Shown in pieces: positions 1 to 12,913 of a stretch of 40,707 nucleotides of DNA; position 1 is the first letter of the stretch; every line of letters begins with the position of its first letter. The stretch lies in assembly GCA_052147875.1 (NCBI GenBank), contig JBKQJQ010000297.1, positions 1-40,707 on the forward strand. The letters are read 5' to 3'. The DNA comes from Solirubrobacteraceae bacterium (GTDB lineage Bacteria; Actinomycetota; Thermoleophilia; Solirubrobacterales; Solirubrobacteraceae). Position numbers and translations under genes: made by a program. Below the pieces are notes generated by a model. The model did not search any database. It was not told the origin of the DNA and worked only from the letters and a program-made list of their open reading frames with translations.

Positions 1-2
1 CA

Positions 3-1292
3 TCTGCCCGTCGCGATCCGGTTGAGCTGTTGGAGGAGCAGGCCGTGTCGCGCGTGCCGGAGCTGGTGCCGATCCGCTACGGGCGGATGCTGGTCTCGCC
101 GTTTACGTTCTACCGCGGTGCGGCGTATCTGATGGCGGCGGACCTCGCCGGCTCGCAGAGAACTGGTTTGCGCGTGCAGTTGTGCGGTGATGCGCACCTG
201 TCGAACTTCGGCGGGTTCGCCGCGCCGGATCGCCGGTTGGTGTTCGATCTCAACGACTTCGACGAAACGCTGCCGGGCCCGTTCGAGTGGGATCTCAAGC
301 GGCTGGTCGCGAGCTTCGCGGTGGCGGGACGTGACCTCGGGTTTCCCGTCAACGCCCGGCGCGGGGTCAACCTGGCGGTGACGCGCGCGTATCGCGACTC
401 GATGCGGGCTCTCGCCTCGATGAAGACGTTTGATCTGTGGTACTCGCGGGTCGACGCCGAGGCGCTGATCGCACAGTTTCAGAGCGAGGCGAGCGCGAAG
501 CGGCGCAGGCTGATGGAGAAGAATCTCGCCAAGACACGGGCGAAGGACAGCCTGCGTGCGTTCTCGAAGCTCACGACGATCGTCGACGGTGAGCCGCGGA
601 TCATCAGCGACCCGCCGCTGCTCGTGCCGATCGAAGACCTCTCCGACGGCCGCGATATCGAGGCGTTCGCACGCAGCGTGAACCGCGGCTACCGACGCAC
701 GCTGCAGGGCGATCGCAGACATCTGCTGGAGCGCTTCCGCTACGTGCACGCGGCCCGCAAGGTAGTCGGGGTCGGCAGCGTCGGCACGCGCGCATGGATC
801 ATGCTGATGGTCGGCCGCGACAACGATGATCCGCTGTTCCTGCAGCTCAAGGAAGCCCAGCCCTCCGTGCTGGAGCCGTTCCTGGGCAAGAGCCAATATG
901 CGAGCCACGGCCAGCGTGTCGTTGAGGGCCAGCGCCTGATGCAGGCCGCCAGCGACATCATGCTCGGCTGGCACGGCGTAGCCGGTCTGGACGGCGTCGA
1001 GCGCGACTTCTACTTCCGCCAGCTCTGGGACGAAAAGGGCTCGGTGATCATCGAGGGCATGAAACCCAGAGAACTCGCCGCGTACGCCGAGATCTGCGGC
1101 CGCACGCTGGCCCGCGGCCACGCGCGCTCCGGCGACGCTGTCACGATCGGCGCCTATCTCGGATCAAATGACGCCATGGACCAGGCACTCGCCGACTTCG
1201 CGGAGCTCTACGCCGACCAGAACGAACTTGACTACGCCGCGCTCACCAAAGCCGTCAAGACCGGGCGCGTCAACGCACAATCAGGGCTCTAG
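3..1292 (+). CDS. DUF2252 family protein (kinase-like), 5' end outside the window
   Basis: Frame is open from the window start (SARRDPVELLEEQ...). Motifs RVPELVPIRYGRM, CGDAHLSNFG, FDLNDFDE, KVVGVGSVGTR and LQLKEA are typical of DUF2252. Confidence 0.9.
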   Translation, partial: SARRDPVELLEEQAVSRVPELVPIRYGRMLVSPFTFYRGAAYLMAADLAGSQRTGLRVQLCGDAHLSNFGGFAAPDRRLVFDLNDFDETLPGPFEWDLKRLVASFAVAGRDLGFPVNARRGVNLAVTRAYRDSMRALASMKTFDLWYSRVDAEALIAQFQSEASAKRRRLMEKNLAKTRAKDSLRAFSKLTTIVDGEPRIISDPPLLVPIEDLSDGRDIEAFARSVNRGYRRTLQGDRRHLLERFRYVHAARKVVGVGSVGTRAWIMLMVGRDNDDPLFLQLKEAQPSVLEPFLGKSQYASHGQRVVEGQRLMQAASDIMLGWHGVAGLDGVERDFYFRQLWDEKGSVIIEGMKPRELAAYAEICGRTLARGHARSGDAVTIGAYLGSNDAMDQALADFAELYADQNELDYAALTKAVKTGRVNAQSGL

Positions 1293-1492
1293 CGCACCAC
1301 CGATACGCGGTCCGGGTCTCGCCACGGGGTTGCAGACGGGCAGCCCAGCGATCCCCTTCGAAGGATGAGAGCAGCCGAGGAGGCTTCCTTCGGAGTCTTC
1401 GGACGTCGGAAGCGCTTCGAGCACGCGCTTATCAAGGTCGCTCATCTCGACCTCGTCAGGCTGGTATTCGAACTCTCCTGCGAGGCGCTCGT

Positions 1493-3439
1493 CTAGACGG
1501 AAGTTTTCGGTGGTGAGGTGATGAATCCCGCGTGTTGGCGCGGGATTCGGGTGCTGTGGGCTGGTTTGGCTTTGGCTACTTGGCGAGGGTGACGTTGAGC
1601 AGCGCGAGAGCCTTGGCTTGGACGTCGTTGGCGTTGGTCAGTCGGGGGAAGGTGTGTTCGTTTGTGGCGATGCGGAGTTGGTTGCGGCAGATCGTGCCGA
1701 GCTCGGCGATCAGGTCGGGGAGGTTGTAGGCGGGCAGGCCGTCCGGGGTGTGGTGGCTGCCGGCCTTGGTGTTCGCGGCGGGTGAGCGTTGGGCGGGCGC
1801 GACCGGGTCAGCGGGGGTGAGCGGGGTGTCGTCGGTGTAGAGCATCGGCGCGAGCCGGGCTTGGAGCTCGAACAGCAGGTGGTAGGCGAGTAGGAATAGG
1901 AAGAAGTGCGCCTCGACGCGGTCCTGGAGGTGGTGGCGGATCGGGCGGACATCGAGCGCGTCCTTGATCGTGCGGTACGCGCGTTCGGCCATCTTCAGTT
2001 GTTTGTAGACGCGCACGACCGCCTGGCTGGTGAGCTGCTCGGCGGGGCAGGTGGTGCGCAGCACGTAGAGCCCGTCGAGCGCGGCCTCGGTCTGGATCTG
2101 CTCGGTCTTGCGCGCGTAGGCGAACGCGCCGTTGGTGATCTCGAGCTCGAAGTGCTTGGCGACCTTGTACTTGTTGATCACGCGGCCGACGCGCTGCCCG
2201 ATCGCGCCGGCGTCCGCGGCGTGAAGGCGCCCGCGCGGATTGGTGACTGACGCTGTGACCTTGTCCAGCTCGCGCTCAGTCGCTGCCAGCAGGTCCTCGC
2301 GCTTTCGAGCTCGCTCGGCAGCGAGGTGCGGGTTGCGGCAGACCACGAGCCGCTCACCGGGGAACTCCTCGCTTGAGATCTCGGCGAGGCTGGTCTGATC
2401 GAACAGCGAGAGCTGCAGCTCACCTGCCTTAACCAGCTTGCGGATCTGCGCGCTCTTCAGCGCGGACACGAAGCCGGCGCCCTGCTCTTTGAGCGTGGCG
2501 GCGTGCGCGTCGGTGATCATCGCGCGGTCGCCGACGAGGATCACTCGCTCGATCCCGAACCGCTCGCGGACGGTGTCGATCACCCCCGGCACCGTGCTCG
2601 GGTCGGCGGTATTGCCCGGGTGCACCTGCACCGCGACCGGCCGTCCCTGCGGGGAGCACACCAGCCCCCAGTTGACCTGCAGCTTCCCCGGCTTGCCGTC
2701 GCGACTGTGCCCGAGCGCCGCCAGCGGGCAGCAGCGGCCCTCCACATAGCTGGAGGACAGGTCGTAGAGCACAAACCCACCGTCGGTCAAATGACGTTTG
2801 GCGAGCGTGTTCTGGACCCGCTGCTGGCGGTCAAGCAACCAGTCCATCGCATCCAGCAGCTCGGGCTCGGTCACCCCGCCCAGCGACAGCTCATCGGCCA
2901 CTGTGGTCTGGTGAAAGCGGCGGGTCATCGACAGCTTCGAGCACGGGCCGATCACGAGCTGGCAGATCATCGCGACACACAGGTCTCGTTCGCGGCAGCG
3001 CTCGCGGGAAAGCAGCCGCTCGAGATCGAGCCCTCTGAGCACCCCGAGCACCGCGGCGACGTGACCGTGCGGGGAGGAGCGCTCGATCTGCAGCTGCTCG
3101 TCGAGGTCGACGAGCACCCGGCCGGCGAGCATCTTGCGGATCGCGTCGATCACCTCGATCGGGAGGTGTGAGAGATTCCCGAGGTTCTCGTGCTTGACCT
3201 TGCCGCCCTCGCGGTAGGAGCGCCGCAGCAGGTAGGACGTGTATTCGTTGCCACCCTTCCCCTTCGTCTTGATTGTGGCTACGTGAGCTTGACCGCCACG
3301 TCGAGGCATTACCGACAGAATAGCTGCCCACCCGGACGGAATCAAGGCACGACTTTGGCTACATCAAACCACCAAAAAGAAGCCCGATCCCCGTAAACAC
3401 AGGCGATCGGGCCTCAAACCCTCAAAAACTTCCGCCTAG
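1493..3439 (-). mobile_element. IS1634-family insertion sequence
   Basis: Left end CTAG-ACGGAAGTTTT (1493-1507). Right end on the minus strand CTAG-GCGGAAGTTTT (3439-3425). Encloses a single DDE transposase. CTAG at both ends is either a target duplication or part of the IR. Confidence 0.88.
1576..3309 (-). CDS. IS1634-family DDE transposase
   Basis: N-terminal YLLRRSYREGGKVKHENLGNLSHLP, LYDLSSSYVEG, GHSRDGK, VGDRAMI, YKQLKMAERAYRTIK and RPIRH motifs. ATG at 3309 (MPRRGGQAHV) preferred over the ORF-track start. Confidence 0.92.
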   Translation of the reverse strand: MPRRGGQAHVATIKTKGKGGNEYTSYLLRRSYREGGKVKHENLGNLSHLPIEVIDAIRKMLAGRVLVDLDEQLQIERSSPHGHVAAVLGVLRGLDLERLLSRERCRERDLCVAMICQLVIGPCSKLSMTRRFHQTTVADELSLGGVTEPELLDAMDWLLDRQQRVQNTLAKRHLTDGGFVLYDLSSSYVEGRCCPLAALGHSRDGKPGKLQVNWGLVCSPQGRPVAVQVHPGNTADPSTVPGVIDTVRERFGIERVILVGDRAMITDAHAATLKEQGAGFVSALKSAQIRKLVKAGELQLSLFDQTSLAEISSEEFPGERLVVCRNPHLAAERARKREDLLAATERELDKVTASVTNPRGRLHAADAGAIGQRVGRVINKYKVAKHFELEITNGAFAYARKTEQIQTEAALDGLYVLRTTCPAEQLTSQAVVRVYKQLKMAERAYRTIKDALDVRPIRHHLQDRVEAHFFLFLLAYHLLFELQARLAPMLYTDDTPLTPADPVAPAQRSPAANTKAGSHHTPDGLPAYNLPDLIAELGTICRNQLRIATNEHTFPRLTNANDVQAKALALLNVTLAK

Positions 3440-5472
3440 TGACGCTCGAGGATCGTCATCCCTCGCCGGCCGAGCAGCCCCGACAGTGACACGCTCGAGC
3501 CCAGCTCCCGCAGCTCGCCGCGCAGCACGTCGCGCCACGTTCCCTCCACGCCGGTCAGCGACGCCGCAGGCGGACCGGCCCGCAAGGCCACGATCACCAG
3601 CACCTCGTCGCCGCGCAGGAAGGCGACACCGTCGTCGCCGGCCGGGAGCGGCTGATACGCACCCGCGAACGCCCGAGGGCGCCGGATCCGCAGCGACAGC
3701 AGCCGTATCGTCAGCCACAGCTTCGCGGTGTGCCGGTCCGGCCGCGCGCCCCCGAGCATGCGCGCGAGCATCGCCCGGTACCAGCCCCAGTCCACAGGCC
3801 GCCGGTTGTCGGGATCGACCAGCGCCCGGAACGCGAGCTCGTCACCCTGGTAGATGTCCGGAATGCCGGGAACCGTCAGCTTCAGCGCCAGCATCCCGAG
3901 GCCGATCCGCTCCCCGAGCGACATGACGCGCTCGACGAACGGGTCAAAGCTCGACCGGAACTCGTCGTGGGAGTACAGCCGGCCGCAGAAGTCGAGCACC
4001 GCGTCCTCCCAGGCGGTGTCCTGCTTGACCCAGCTGGTGTTGCGCTTGGCCTCGCGCAGCGCCTTGCGCATGTACTCGCGCATCCGCTCGAGCTCGATCG
4101 GCCACGCCCCGACGAGCGTCTGGAGCAGGAAGTAGCGCTCCTGCTCGTCGGGCGCGCCGCGGGCGCCGACCAGCGGCGCGGTGACCGATAGCCAGCGACG
4201 GACGCGCTCATCCCACTCGTCCGCCACCCAGGTCAGCGCCGCGATCCGCGCCCGTACGTCGGCGGACCGCTTGGTGTCATGAGTACACGTGGCCAGCATC
4301 GAATGCGGCCAGCGGTCACCGCGCTCGGCGTTGGCGGCGTGAAACGCGTCGACGGTGATCCCGAAGCGGCCGGGGTCGCCGCCGACCTCGTTGAGAGCCA
4401 GCAGCCGTGCGTAGCGGTAGAAGGCGGTGTCCTCGACGCCCTTTGCGACTACCGGCGGGCTGGTCTGCTGAAAGCGCGTGACGAACTCGGTCGGTGCCTC
4501 GCGTTCGAGCAGCAGCCGCCGCGCGATGCCGCCAGGCATCCGGGCGCGATCGATCGCTGCACGGTCCTGCTGCGCCACCTCGCCCCGCTGCGGGTCGATG
4601 TAGGTCCGGTAGACCGGCATCGACGCCAGCGCGAGCTCGATCGCCCGTGAGCCTCCGACTGCGCGTGCCAGCCATTCGATCTCGGGGGCGAAGGTCGTCT
4701 GTGCCTGCTCCAGCTTCGCGTCGATTGCGACCGCATCAAAGTCACGCTGGTCGCCGGACACCCGTATCCAGAGGTTCGTGAACGCCGGCTCGGCACCGCC
4801 GTCGACGAACAGCGCGCAGACTTCGTTGAGGAACTCGTAGCCGACCGTACCCAGCACCGGCCAATCGCGCAGCCGCTCGGACGGCTCGAGGATCTTCTCG
4901 ATCCAGACCTGGAGCGCGCCGCCATCGCGCAGCCGCTGAAAGTACGCGGCCGGGTCGGCGAGCCCGTCGGGATGGTCGATCCTCAGCCCGTCGATAACCC
5001 CCTCGCCGACGAGGCGGAGGGGCAGCTCATGGGTCGCGGCGAACACCTCGGGATCCTCCTGGCGCACGCCGGCGAGGTCGTCGATGTCGAAAAACCGGCG
5101 ATGACGGCCGGTCTCCGGGTCGATATCGAAGAACCGCTCGCGCAGCTGCGGGTCGGTCCAGAAACGGTTGTGCTCGTCGACCGCCATGTGGTTCGGGACC
5201 AGGTCGAGGACGAGCCCGAGTCCGGCGTCGTGGGCGTCTGCAGCCAGCGCCCGCAGTCCATTCTCGCCGCCGAGCTCGTCCGACACGCGGGTCGGATCGA
5301 TCACGTCGTAACCGTGGCTCGATCCTGCGCGAGCGTGTAGCGACGGCGACAGGTAGAGGTGCGAGATCCCGAGGTCGCGCAGGTACGGGACCAGCTCGCG
5401 AGCGGCCGCGAAGTCAAACGAGGCGTTGAGTTGCAGGCGGTAGGTCGCCCGTGGCGAACGAGGGTTGCTCAA
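3436..5472 (-). CDS. treY: malto-oligosyltrehalose synthase (GH13)
   Basis: [58 protein letters not shown] and [11 protein letters not shown] motifs. TTG start at 5472 overlaps the glgX TGA (TTGA). Confidence 0.95.
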   Translation of the reverse strand: MSNPRSPRATYRLQLNASFDFAAARELVPYLRDLGISHLYLSPSLHARAGSSHGYDVIDPTRVSDELGGENGLRALAADAHDAGLGLVLDLVPNHMAVDEHNRFWTDPQLRERFFDIDPETGRHRRFFDIDDLAGVRQEDPEVFAATHELPLRLVGEGVIDGLRIDHPDGLADPAAYFQRLRDGGALQVWIEKILEPSERLRDWPVLGTVGYEFLNEVCALFVDGGAEPAFTNLWIRVSGDQRDFDAVAIDAKLEQAQTTFAPEIEWLARAVGGSRAIELALASMPVYRTYIDPQRGEVAQQDRAAIDRARMPGGIARRLLLEREAPTEFVTRFQQTSPPVVAKGVEDTAFYRYARLLALNEVGGDPGRFGITVDAFHAANAERGDRWPHSMLATCTHDTKRSADVRARIAALTWVADEWDERVRRWLSVTAPLVGARGAPDEQERYFLLQTLVGAWPIELERMREYMRKALREAKRNTSWVKQDTAWEDAVLDFCGRLYSHDEFRSSFDPFVERVMSLGERIGLGMLALKLTVPGIPDIYQGDELAFRALVDPDNRRPVDWGWYRAMLARMLGGARPDRHTAKLWLTIRLLSLRIRRPRAFAGAYQPLPAGDDGVAFLRGDEVLVIVALRAGPPAASLTGVEGTWRDVLRGELRELGSSVSLSGLLGRRGMTILERH

Positions 5473-7592
5473 GCTACGCACTTCAGGATCGTGATCGAGT
5501 GCGCGGTCACGTTAACCAATGCCTGGGCGTCGTAGCCGGTGCTGCCCGCCTCCGCGCCCGGGTCGGCGGTGCACAGCTCGAGCTCCCAGCGCGTGCCCAT
5601 CCGCCGTCGCGGAAGCTTGAACTCCCGGTCCTCGGCGTGGGCGTTGAACAGCAGCACGAACGAGTCGTCGGAGACCGCCTCGCCTTGCGGGCCCGGATTG
5701 AGGATCGCGTCGCCGTTCAGAAACATCCCCAGCACGGCTTCACCGTGCTGCCAATCCCGGTTGGTCATCCTGCGCCCATCGGCGCGAAACCACCACACGT
5801 CGGGCAGCCCGAAGCCGTTTATCACCTGGCCGCGGAGGAAGCTCTCGCGGCGGAACGTGCAGTGCTCACTGCGTAGCCTGATCAGCCGGCGGGTGAACGC
5901 ATGCATCTCCCGCGCGTCGGGATCCTCATTCCAGTCGTACCACGAGAGCTCGGAGTCATGGCACCAGCTGTTGTTGTTGCCACGCTGCGTCCGGTTGCGC
6001 TCATCGCCGCCCAGCAGCATCGGCGTACCTTGCGAGATCAGCAGCGTGGTGAGGAAGTTGCGCTGCTGACGGCGGCGGAGCTCGCGGATCTCCGGGTCGT
6101 CGGTCTCGCCCTCGACGCCGCAGTTCCAGGAGCGGTTGTCGTCGGTCCCGTCCTGGTTGTCGTCGAGGTTGGCCTCGTTGTGCTTGGTCTCGTAGGTGAC
6201 GAGGTCTTGAAGCGTGAATCCGTCGTGAGCGGTGATGAAGTTGATCGACGCGAACGGGTCACGCCCGTCTGACTCGTACAGGTCGGACGAGCCCGCAAGG
6301 CGCGAGGCGAAGTCGCCGACGCTCGCCGATGCCCGCCAGAAGTCACGCATCGTGTCGCGGTAGACACCGTTCCATTCCGACCACAGGATCGGGAAGTTGC
6401 CGACCTGGTAGCCGCCCGGGCCGACGTCCCACGGCTCGGCGATCAGCTTCACCTGTGACAGGACCGGGTCCTGATGGATCGTGTCGAAGAACGCCGACAG
6501 CCGGTCGACGTCGAAGAACTCCCGCGCCAGCGCCGCCGCGAGGTCGAACCGGAACCCGTCGACGTGGCACTCGACCACCCAGTAGCGCAGCGAGTCCATG
6601 ATCAGCCGCAGGACACTCGGATGGACCGGGTTGAGCGAGTTGCCGGTGCCGGTGAAGTCCATGTAATGGCGCGGGTCGTCCGGCACCAGGCGGTAGTAGG
6701 CGGAGTTGTCGATCCCCTTGAAGGACAGCATCGGCCCGAGGTGATTGCCCTCGGCGGTGTGGTTGTAGACGACGTCGAGGATCACCTCGATCCCGGCCTG
6801 GTGCAGCGCCTTGACCATCCCCTTGAACTCCCTCACCTGCTCCCCGCGGCGACCGGTGGCGGCGTATTCGGAGTGCGGCGCGAAGTAGCCGATCGTGCTG
6901 TAGCCCCAGTAGTTGCGAAGCCCCCGCTCGAACAGGAACGACTCGTCGGAGATGTGATGCACCGGCAACAGCTCGACCGCGGTGATCCCGAGCTGCTTCA
7001 GGTAGGCGATCGCCGGCTCCGAGGCGAGCCCAGCGTACGTCCCGCGCAGGTCCTCGCGAACCTCGGGGTGACGCATCGTGAAGCCCTTGACGTGAGTCTC
7101 GTAGATGAGCGTGTCGGTGAGCGGCACCCGCGGCGGCGAGTCCCCCTCCCAGTCGAAGGTCGGGTTGACCACGACCGACTTCGGGACCGCGCCGGCGTCG
7201 TCCTCGTCGTCGGGCTCGTAGTCGTCGTCCTCGCCGCCGGTGGGGACGTACGGAAGCACGTTGGCGTCGTGCGCCCAGTCGACGACACCGTCGATCGCCT
7301 TCGCGTACGGGTCCAGCAACAGCTTGTCGGGATTGAAGCGGTGGCCGTCGGCAGGTGCGTAGGGACCGTGCACCCTGAAGCCGTAGCGCTGCCCCGGCCC
7401 GACGCCAGGCAGGTAGCAATGCCAGTTGAGCGCCCGCCGGGCGGCGACCTCGATCCGGGTCTCGGCGCCGGCGTCGTCGAACAGGCACAGTTCGACTGCC
7501 TCGGCGTGCTCAGAGAACAGCGAGAAGTTGGTCCCGGCTCCGTCCCACGATGCGCCGAGCGGGAACGGCCGCCCGGGCCAGACCTCGGTCAC
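5469..7592 (-). CDS. glgX: glycogen debranching enzyme GlgX/TreX
   Basis: [46 protein letters not shown] and [10 protein letters not shown] motifs. GTG start at 7592 overlaps the treZ TGA (GTGA). Confidence 0.96.
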   Translation of the reverse strand: MTEVWPGRPFPLGASWDGAGTNFSLFSEHAEAVELCLFDDAGAETRIEVAARRALNWHCYLPGVGPGQRYGFRVHGPYAPADGHRFNPDKLLLDPYAKAIDGVVDWAHDANVLPYVPTGGEDDDYEPDDEDDAGAVPKSVVVNPTFDWEGDSPPRVPLTDTLIYETHVKGFTMRHPEVREDLRGTYAGLASEPAIAYLKQLGITAVELLPVHHISDESFLFERGLRNYWGYSTIGYFAPHSEYAATGRRGEQVREFKGMVKALHQAGIEVILDVVYNHTAEGNHLGPMLSFKGIDNSAYYRLVPDDPRHYMDFTGTGNSLNPVHPSVLRLIMDSLRYWVVECHVDGFRFDLAAALAREFFDVDRLSAFFDTIHQDPVLSQVKLIAEPWDVGPGGYQVGNFPILWSEWNGVYRDTMRDFWRASASVGDFASRLAGSSDLYESDGRDPFASINFITAHDGFTLQDLVTYETKHNEANLDDNQDGTDDNRSWNCGVEGETDDPEIRELRRRQQRNFLTTLLISQGTPMLLGGDERNRTQRGNNNSWCHDSELSWYDWNEDPDAREMHAFTRRLIRLRSEHCTFRRESFLRGQVINGFGLPDVWWFRADGRRMTNRDWQHGEAVLGMFLNGDAILNPGPQGEAVSDDSFVLLFNAHAEDREFKLPRRRMGTRWELELCTADPGAEAGSTGYDAQALVNVTAHSITILKCVA

Positions 7593-9298
7593 CTGATCAA
7601 GGCTCCAGACATCGGCGGCAGTTTGAGGTATCCCTCGGAGAGAATCGCCCAGTCGTCGGTCGCGAGCTCGATCGCGCCGCCCTCGCACTCCAGCCGCAGC
7701 CAGCCGGTGCCGAAGTTGCACACGACCGCGTGCGCGCCGCGACGGAAGCGCAGCCAGCGCTCTGACTCGTCGTACGCGATCGCCGTCGCGTCGCCGGGCG
7801 CGAGGCGCTTGCGCGCTTCGATCAGGCGCGCGTAAAGCCGCGCGATCTCAGTGTCGCTGCGCCGCGTCAGCTTCGAGCGCTCGAACGTCGCCGGGTCCTC
7901 TGGATCGGGCGGCTGATGCTCAAACGAAACGAACGACGCGAACTCGCGCCGGCGACCTTCGCGCGTCGCGACCGCGATCTCCTCGTCGATGTGGTTTGAG
8001 AAGAACTGAAACGGCGCCAGCTCGCCGTACTCCTCGCCCAAGAACAGCAGCGGCACAAACGGCGATAGCAGGGTGCAGAAGGCCGCCAGCGGCCGCGCCT
8101 GCGCCGGCATCCGGTCGCCGAATGCGCGGTTGCCGACCTGATCGTGGTTCTGGCAGTAGACGACGAACTTCTGCACCGGGACGTCGTCGGCCGGGGCGCC
8201 GAAGCGCCGGCGCCGAAAAGGGGAGTAGCCGCCGTCGTCGACGTGCGGGCGGTGGATTGCCTTGGCCAGCTGCGACAGGCGGCCGAAGTCCGCGTAGTAG
8301 CCGTCGCGGTCGCCGGTCAGCACCGCCCGCAGCGAGTGGTGAAAGTCGTCGGACCAGGCGGCGTCGCAGTTGTAGCCGCCCCGCGCCCGGCCGCGCATCA
8401 CGATCGGGTCGTTGAGGCCCGACTCGGCGATCACGTAGGCGCGCTCGTCGAGCGCGTGCACGCGCCTGGCGACGGCGGCCACGATGTGCTCGGCGCTCGA
8501 GTCGAAGATCGCGTGGATCGCGTCGAGCCGCAGGCCGTCGACGCCGAACTCGCGGATCCAGCCCTCGGCGCTCTGGCAGACCCATTCGCGCACCGGGTCG
8601 CAGTCAGGGTCGTCGTAGTTGATCGCCTTCCCCCACGGCGTCTCGTACTTGGAGGTGAAGTAGGGGCCGAACGCCTCGAGCGCCTTGCTCCCCGAGGCGC
8701 CGACGTGGTTGTAGACGACGTCGAGGATCACGGCGAGCCCGGCGGCGTGAACCGCTTCGATCAGCCGCTGCAGGCCGTCCGGGCCGCCGTAGGAGGACTG
8801 CGCGGCGCCCAGGTAGACGCCGTCGTAGCCCCAGCCGCGCGCGCCCGGGAACTCGGCCACCGGCATCAGCTCGATCGCGGTCACGCCAAGCGCCGCCAGC
8901 TCGGGAAGGTGCGCGATCGCGCCGTCGAACGTGCCCTCGGCGCTGAACGTTCCGACGTGCAGCTCATAGATGATCAGGTCCGCGGCCGCCGGGCGCTCAA
9001 ACGGCGCCGGCTGAGTCGTCGCGAGCACGCGTGAGGGCCCCCGCAGGCCCTGAGGCTGCCAGCGCGAGCACGGGTCCGGCAGGCGACGGCCGTCGACCTC
9101 GTACCAGTAGTCGTCGCCGGGGCGGGCGGTCGTGACGACCTCGTGGACCCCGTGGCCGATCTCGCGGAGCACAACTCCCCGCCCGGCCACCGAGAGTGTG
9201 ATCGTGGTTGCGGACGGCGACCAGACGCGGAACTCGGTCTGCTCCTGGTCCAGCACGCGGGAGCCGAGCGGCAGCTCCCACGGCAGCGGCTCACTCAT
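7589..9298 (-). CDS. treZ: malto-oligosyltrehalose trehalohydrolase
   Basis: [33 protein letters not shown] and [10 protein letters not shown] motifs. 8-nt overlap with the glgB end. Confidence 0.95.
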   Translation of the reverse strand: MSEPLPWELPLGSRVLDQEQTEFRVWSPSATTITLSVAGRGVVLREIGHGVHEVVTTARPGDDYWYEVDGRRLPDPCSRWQPQGLRGPSRVLATTQPAPFERPAAADLIIYELHVGTFSAEGTFDGAIAHLPELAALGVTAIELMPVAEFPGARGWGYDGVYLGAAQSSYGGPDGLQRLIEAVHAAGLAVILDVVYNHVGASGSKALEAFGPYFTSKYETPWGKAINYDDPDCDPVREWVCQSAEGWIREFGVDGLRLDAIHAIFDSSAEHIVAAVARRVHALDERAYVIAESGLNDPIVMRGRARGGYNCDAAWSDDFHHSLRAVLTGDRDGYYADFGRLSQLAKAIHRPHVDDGGYSPFRRRRFGAPADDVPVQKFVVYCQNHDQVGNRAFGDRMPAQARPLAAFCTLLSPFVPLLFLGEEYGELAPFQFFSNHIDEEIAVATREGRRREFASFVSFEHQPPDPEDPATFERSKLTRRSDTEIARLYARLIEARKRLAPGDATAIAYDESERWLRFRRGAHAVVCNFGTGWLRLECEGGAIELATDDWAILSEGYLKLPPMSGALIR

Positions 9299-11473
9299 CA
9301 GGCACGAGCCAGACCGCCGCGAGCGGGGGCAGCGTCAGCTCAGCCGAGACCGGTTGGCCGTTCCACGGAATCGGCTCCGGGACCACGCCGCCGAGGTTGC
9401 CGACGTCGCTGCCGCCGTAATAGGCCGAGTCTGTGTTGAGCGCCTCGCGCCAGCGCGTCGCGCGCGGCAGGCCGAGGCGGTAGCCGGGACGCGTCACCGG
9501 CGACAAGTTGGCGGCGAACACCACGATGCGCTCGCCGTCGCGCGACTGGCGCGCGAACGCGATCACGTTCGCGTCGGCGTCGTTTGGCTCCAACCACCGG
9601 AAGCCGGCGGGATCGGAGTCGAGCTCCCAGAGCGCGGGCTCGTCCCGATACAGCCGATTGAGGTCGCGGACCAGCGACTGGATCCCGGCGTGCGCGGGCT
9701 GCTCGAGCAGATGCCAGTCGAGCGAGCGCTCGTGGCTCCACTCGGCCTGCTGGGCGAGCTCGGATCCCATGAACAAGAGCTTCTTACCAGGGTGCGCCCA
9801 CATGTAGCCGTACAGCGCCCGCAGGTTGGCGAGCTTCTGCCATTCGTCGGAGCCGGCCATCTTCGTGTACAGCGACCCCTTGCCGTGGACGACCTCGTCG
9901 TGCGACAGCGGCAGCACGAAGTTCTCTGAGAACGCGTACATGAGGCTGAACGTCAGCTCGTGGTGGTGGTAGCGGCGATAGATCGGGTCCTGCTCGAAGT
10001 AGCCGAGCGTGTCGTGCATCCAGCCCATGTTCCACTTGAAGCCGAACCCGAGCCCTCCGAGGTACGTCGGCCGCGAGACGCCGGGCCACGCGGTCGACTC
10101 CTCGGCGGCGGAGATGATCCCAGGCTCGCTGCCGTGGATCACCTCGTTGAGCTGCTTGAGGAACTCGACCGCGTCGAGGTCCTCGCGGCCGCCGAACTGG
10201 TTGGGGACCCACTCGCCATCGCGTCGCGAGTAGTCGAGGTACAGCATCGACGCGACCGCGTCGACCCGGATCCCGTCGACGTGGTACTCGCGAAGCCAGA
10301 AGAGCGCGTTCGAGATCAGGAAGTTGCGGACCTCGTGGCGCCCGAAGTTGAACACCAGCGTGCCCCAGTCGGGGTGCGCGCCGCGGCGCGGGTCCGCGTG
10401 CTCGTAGAGCGCCGTGCCGTCGAATCGCGCGAGCGCGAACTCGTCGCGCGGGAAGTGCGCCGGCACCCAGTCGAGGATCACGCCGACCCCGCGCTCGTGC
10501 ATCCGATCGACGAACTGGCGCAGGTCGTCAGGCGAGCCGGGGCGCGGCATCGGGGCGAAGTAGCCGGTCACCTGGTAGCCCCACGAGCCGCTGAACGGGT
10601 GCGCCATCACCGGCAGCAGCTCGACGTGTGTGAACCCGAGGTCGGTCGCGTACGCCGAGAGCTCGTCGGCGAGCTCGAGGTAGGTGAGCGGGCGGTTGTC
10701 CTCGAGCGTGTTCAGCCGCCACGACCCGAGGTGGACCTCGTAAATCGAGATCGGCTGCCCGAGCGGGACCTCCTCCCGCCGCCGCTCGAGGAACTTGGCG
10801 TCCTTCCACTTGTGGTGGGACTCGGTCACTACCGAGGCGGTCTTCGGTGGTACCTCGGCCTCCTGCGCGAACGGGTCGGCCTTCAGGACCAGATCGCCGT
10901 CGGTGGTCAGGATCTCGTACTTGTAGCGCGCGCCCGGTCCGACCTCGGGCAGGAACAACTCCCAGATCCCGCCCGAGCCCATCGAGCGCATCGCGTGCAG
11001 CCGCCCGTCCCACGAGTTGAAGTCGCCGACGACGCTGACCGCGCGTGCCGACGGCGCCCAGACGGCGAACGCCGTGCCGGTCACGCCCTGGTGCTTGCGG
11101 ACGTGCGCACCGAGCTTGTCGTACAGCTCCTCGTGGCGCCCCTCGCCGATCAGGTGCAGATCCAGCTCACCGAGCGTCGGTTCGAACGAATACGGATCCT
11201 CCAAAGTGAACTTGCCGGCATCGCCGTAGTCGACCTTGAGCTTGTAGCGCAGCGGCAGCTCAGCGCCCTCGATCGTGCCCTCGAAGATCCCGGCCGGATG
11301 GACCTGCGCGAGCGCAACCGATTTGCCCTTCGCCGGTTTGGCGGCGACCTTCTTGGCCGCTGGGCGCAGCGCTCGGATCACAACGCCGCCGTTTTCGGGA
11401 TGCGCCCCTAGCACCGCGTGCGGGTCGGAGTGTTCGCGCTTGGCCAGCGCGTCGAGTTCTGAGGACGCGATCG

Positions 11474-11477
<4 letters not shown>
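9291..11477 (-). CDS. glgB: 1,4-alpha-glucan branching enzyme
   Basis: YEVHLGSW, SWGYQVTGYFAP, DWVPAHFP, RVDAVASMLYLDYSR, AEESTAWP and LSHDEVVHGK motifs. ATGA overlap with mak. Confidence 0.97.

Positions 11478-12909
<1,432 letters not shown>

Positions 12910-12913
<4 letters not shown>

Noticed and set aside
7593-7721. Extended N-termini from the ORF track (glgX, mak, malQ, GH5, VOC, DUF2342, PAC2, helicase)
   Set aside because: The extensions overlap neighbouring genes. Shorter starts coincide with NTGA overlaps or -10 boxes and with family N-termini.
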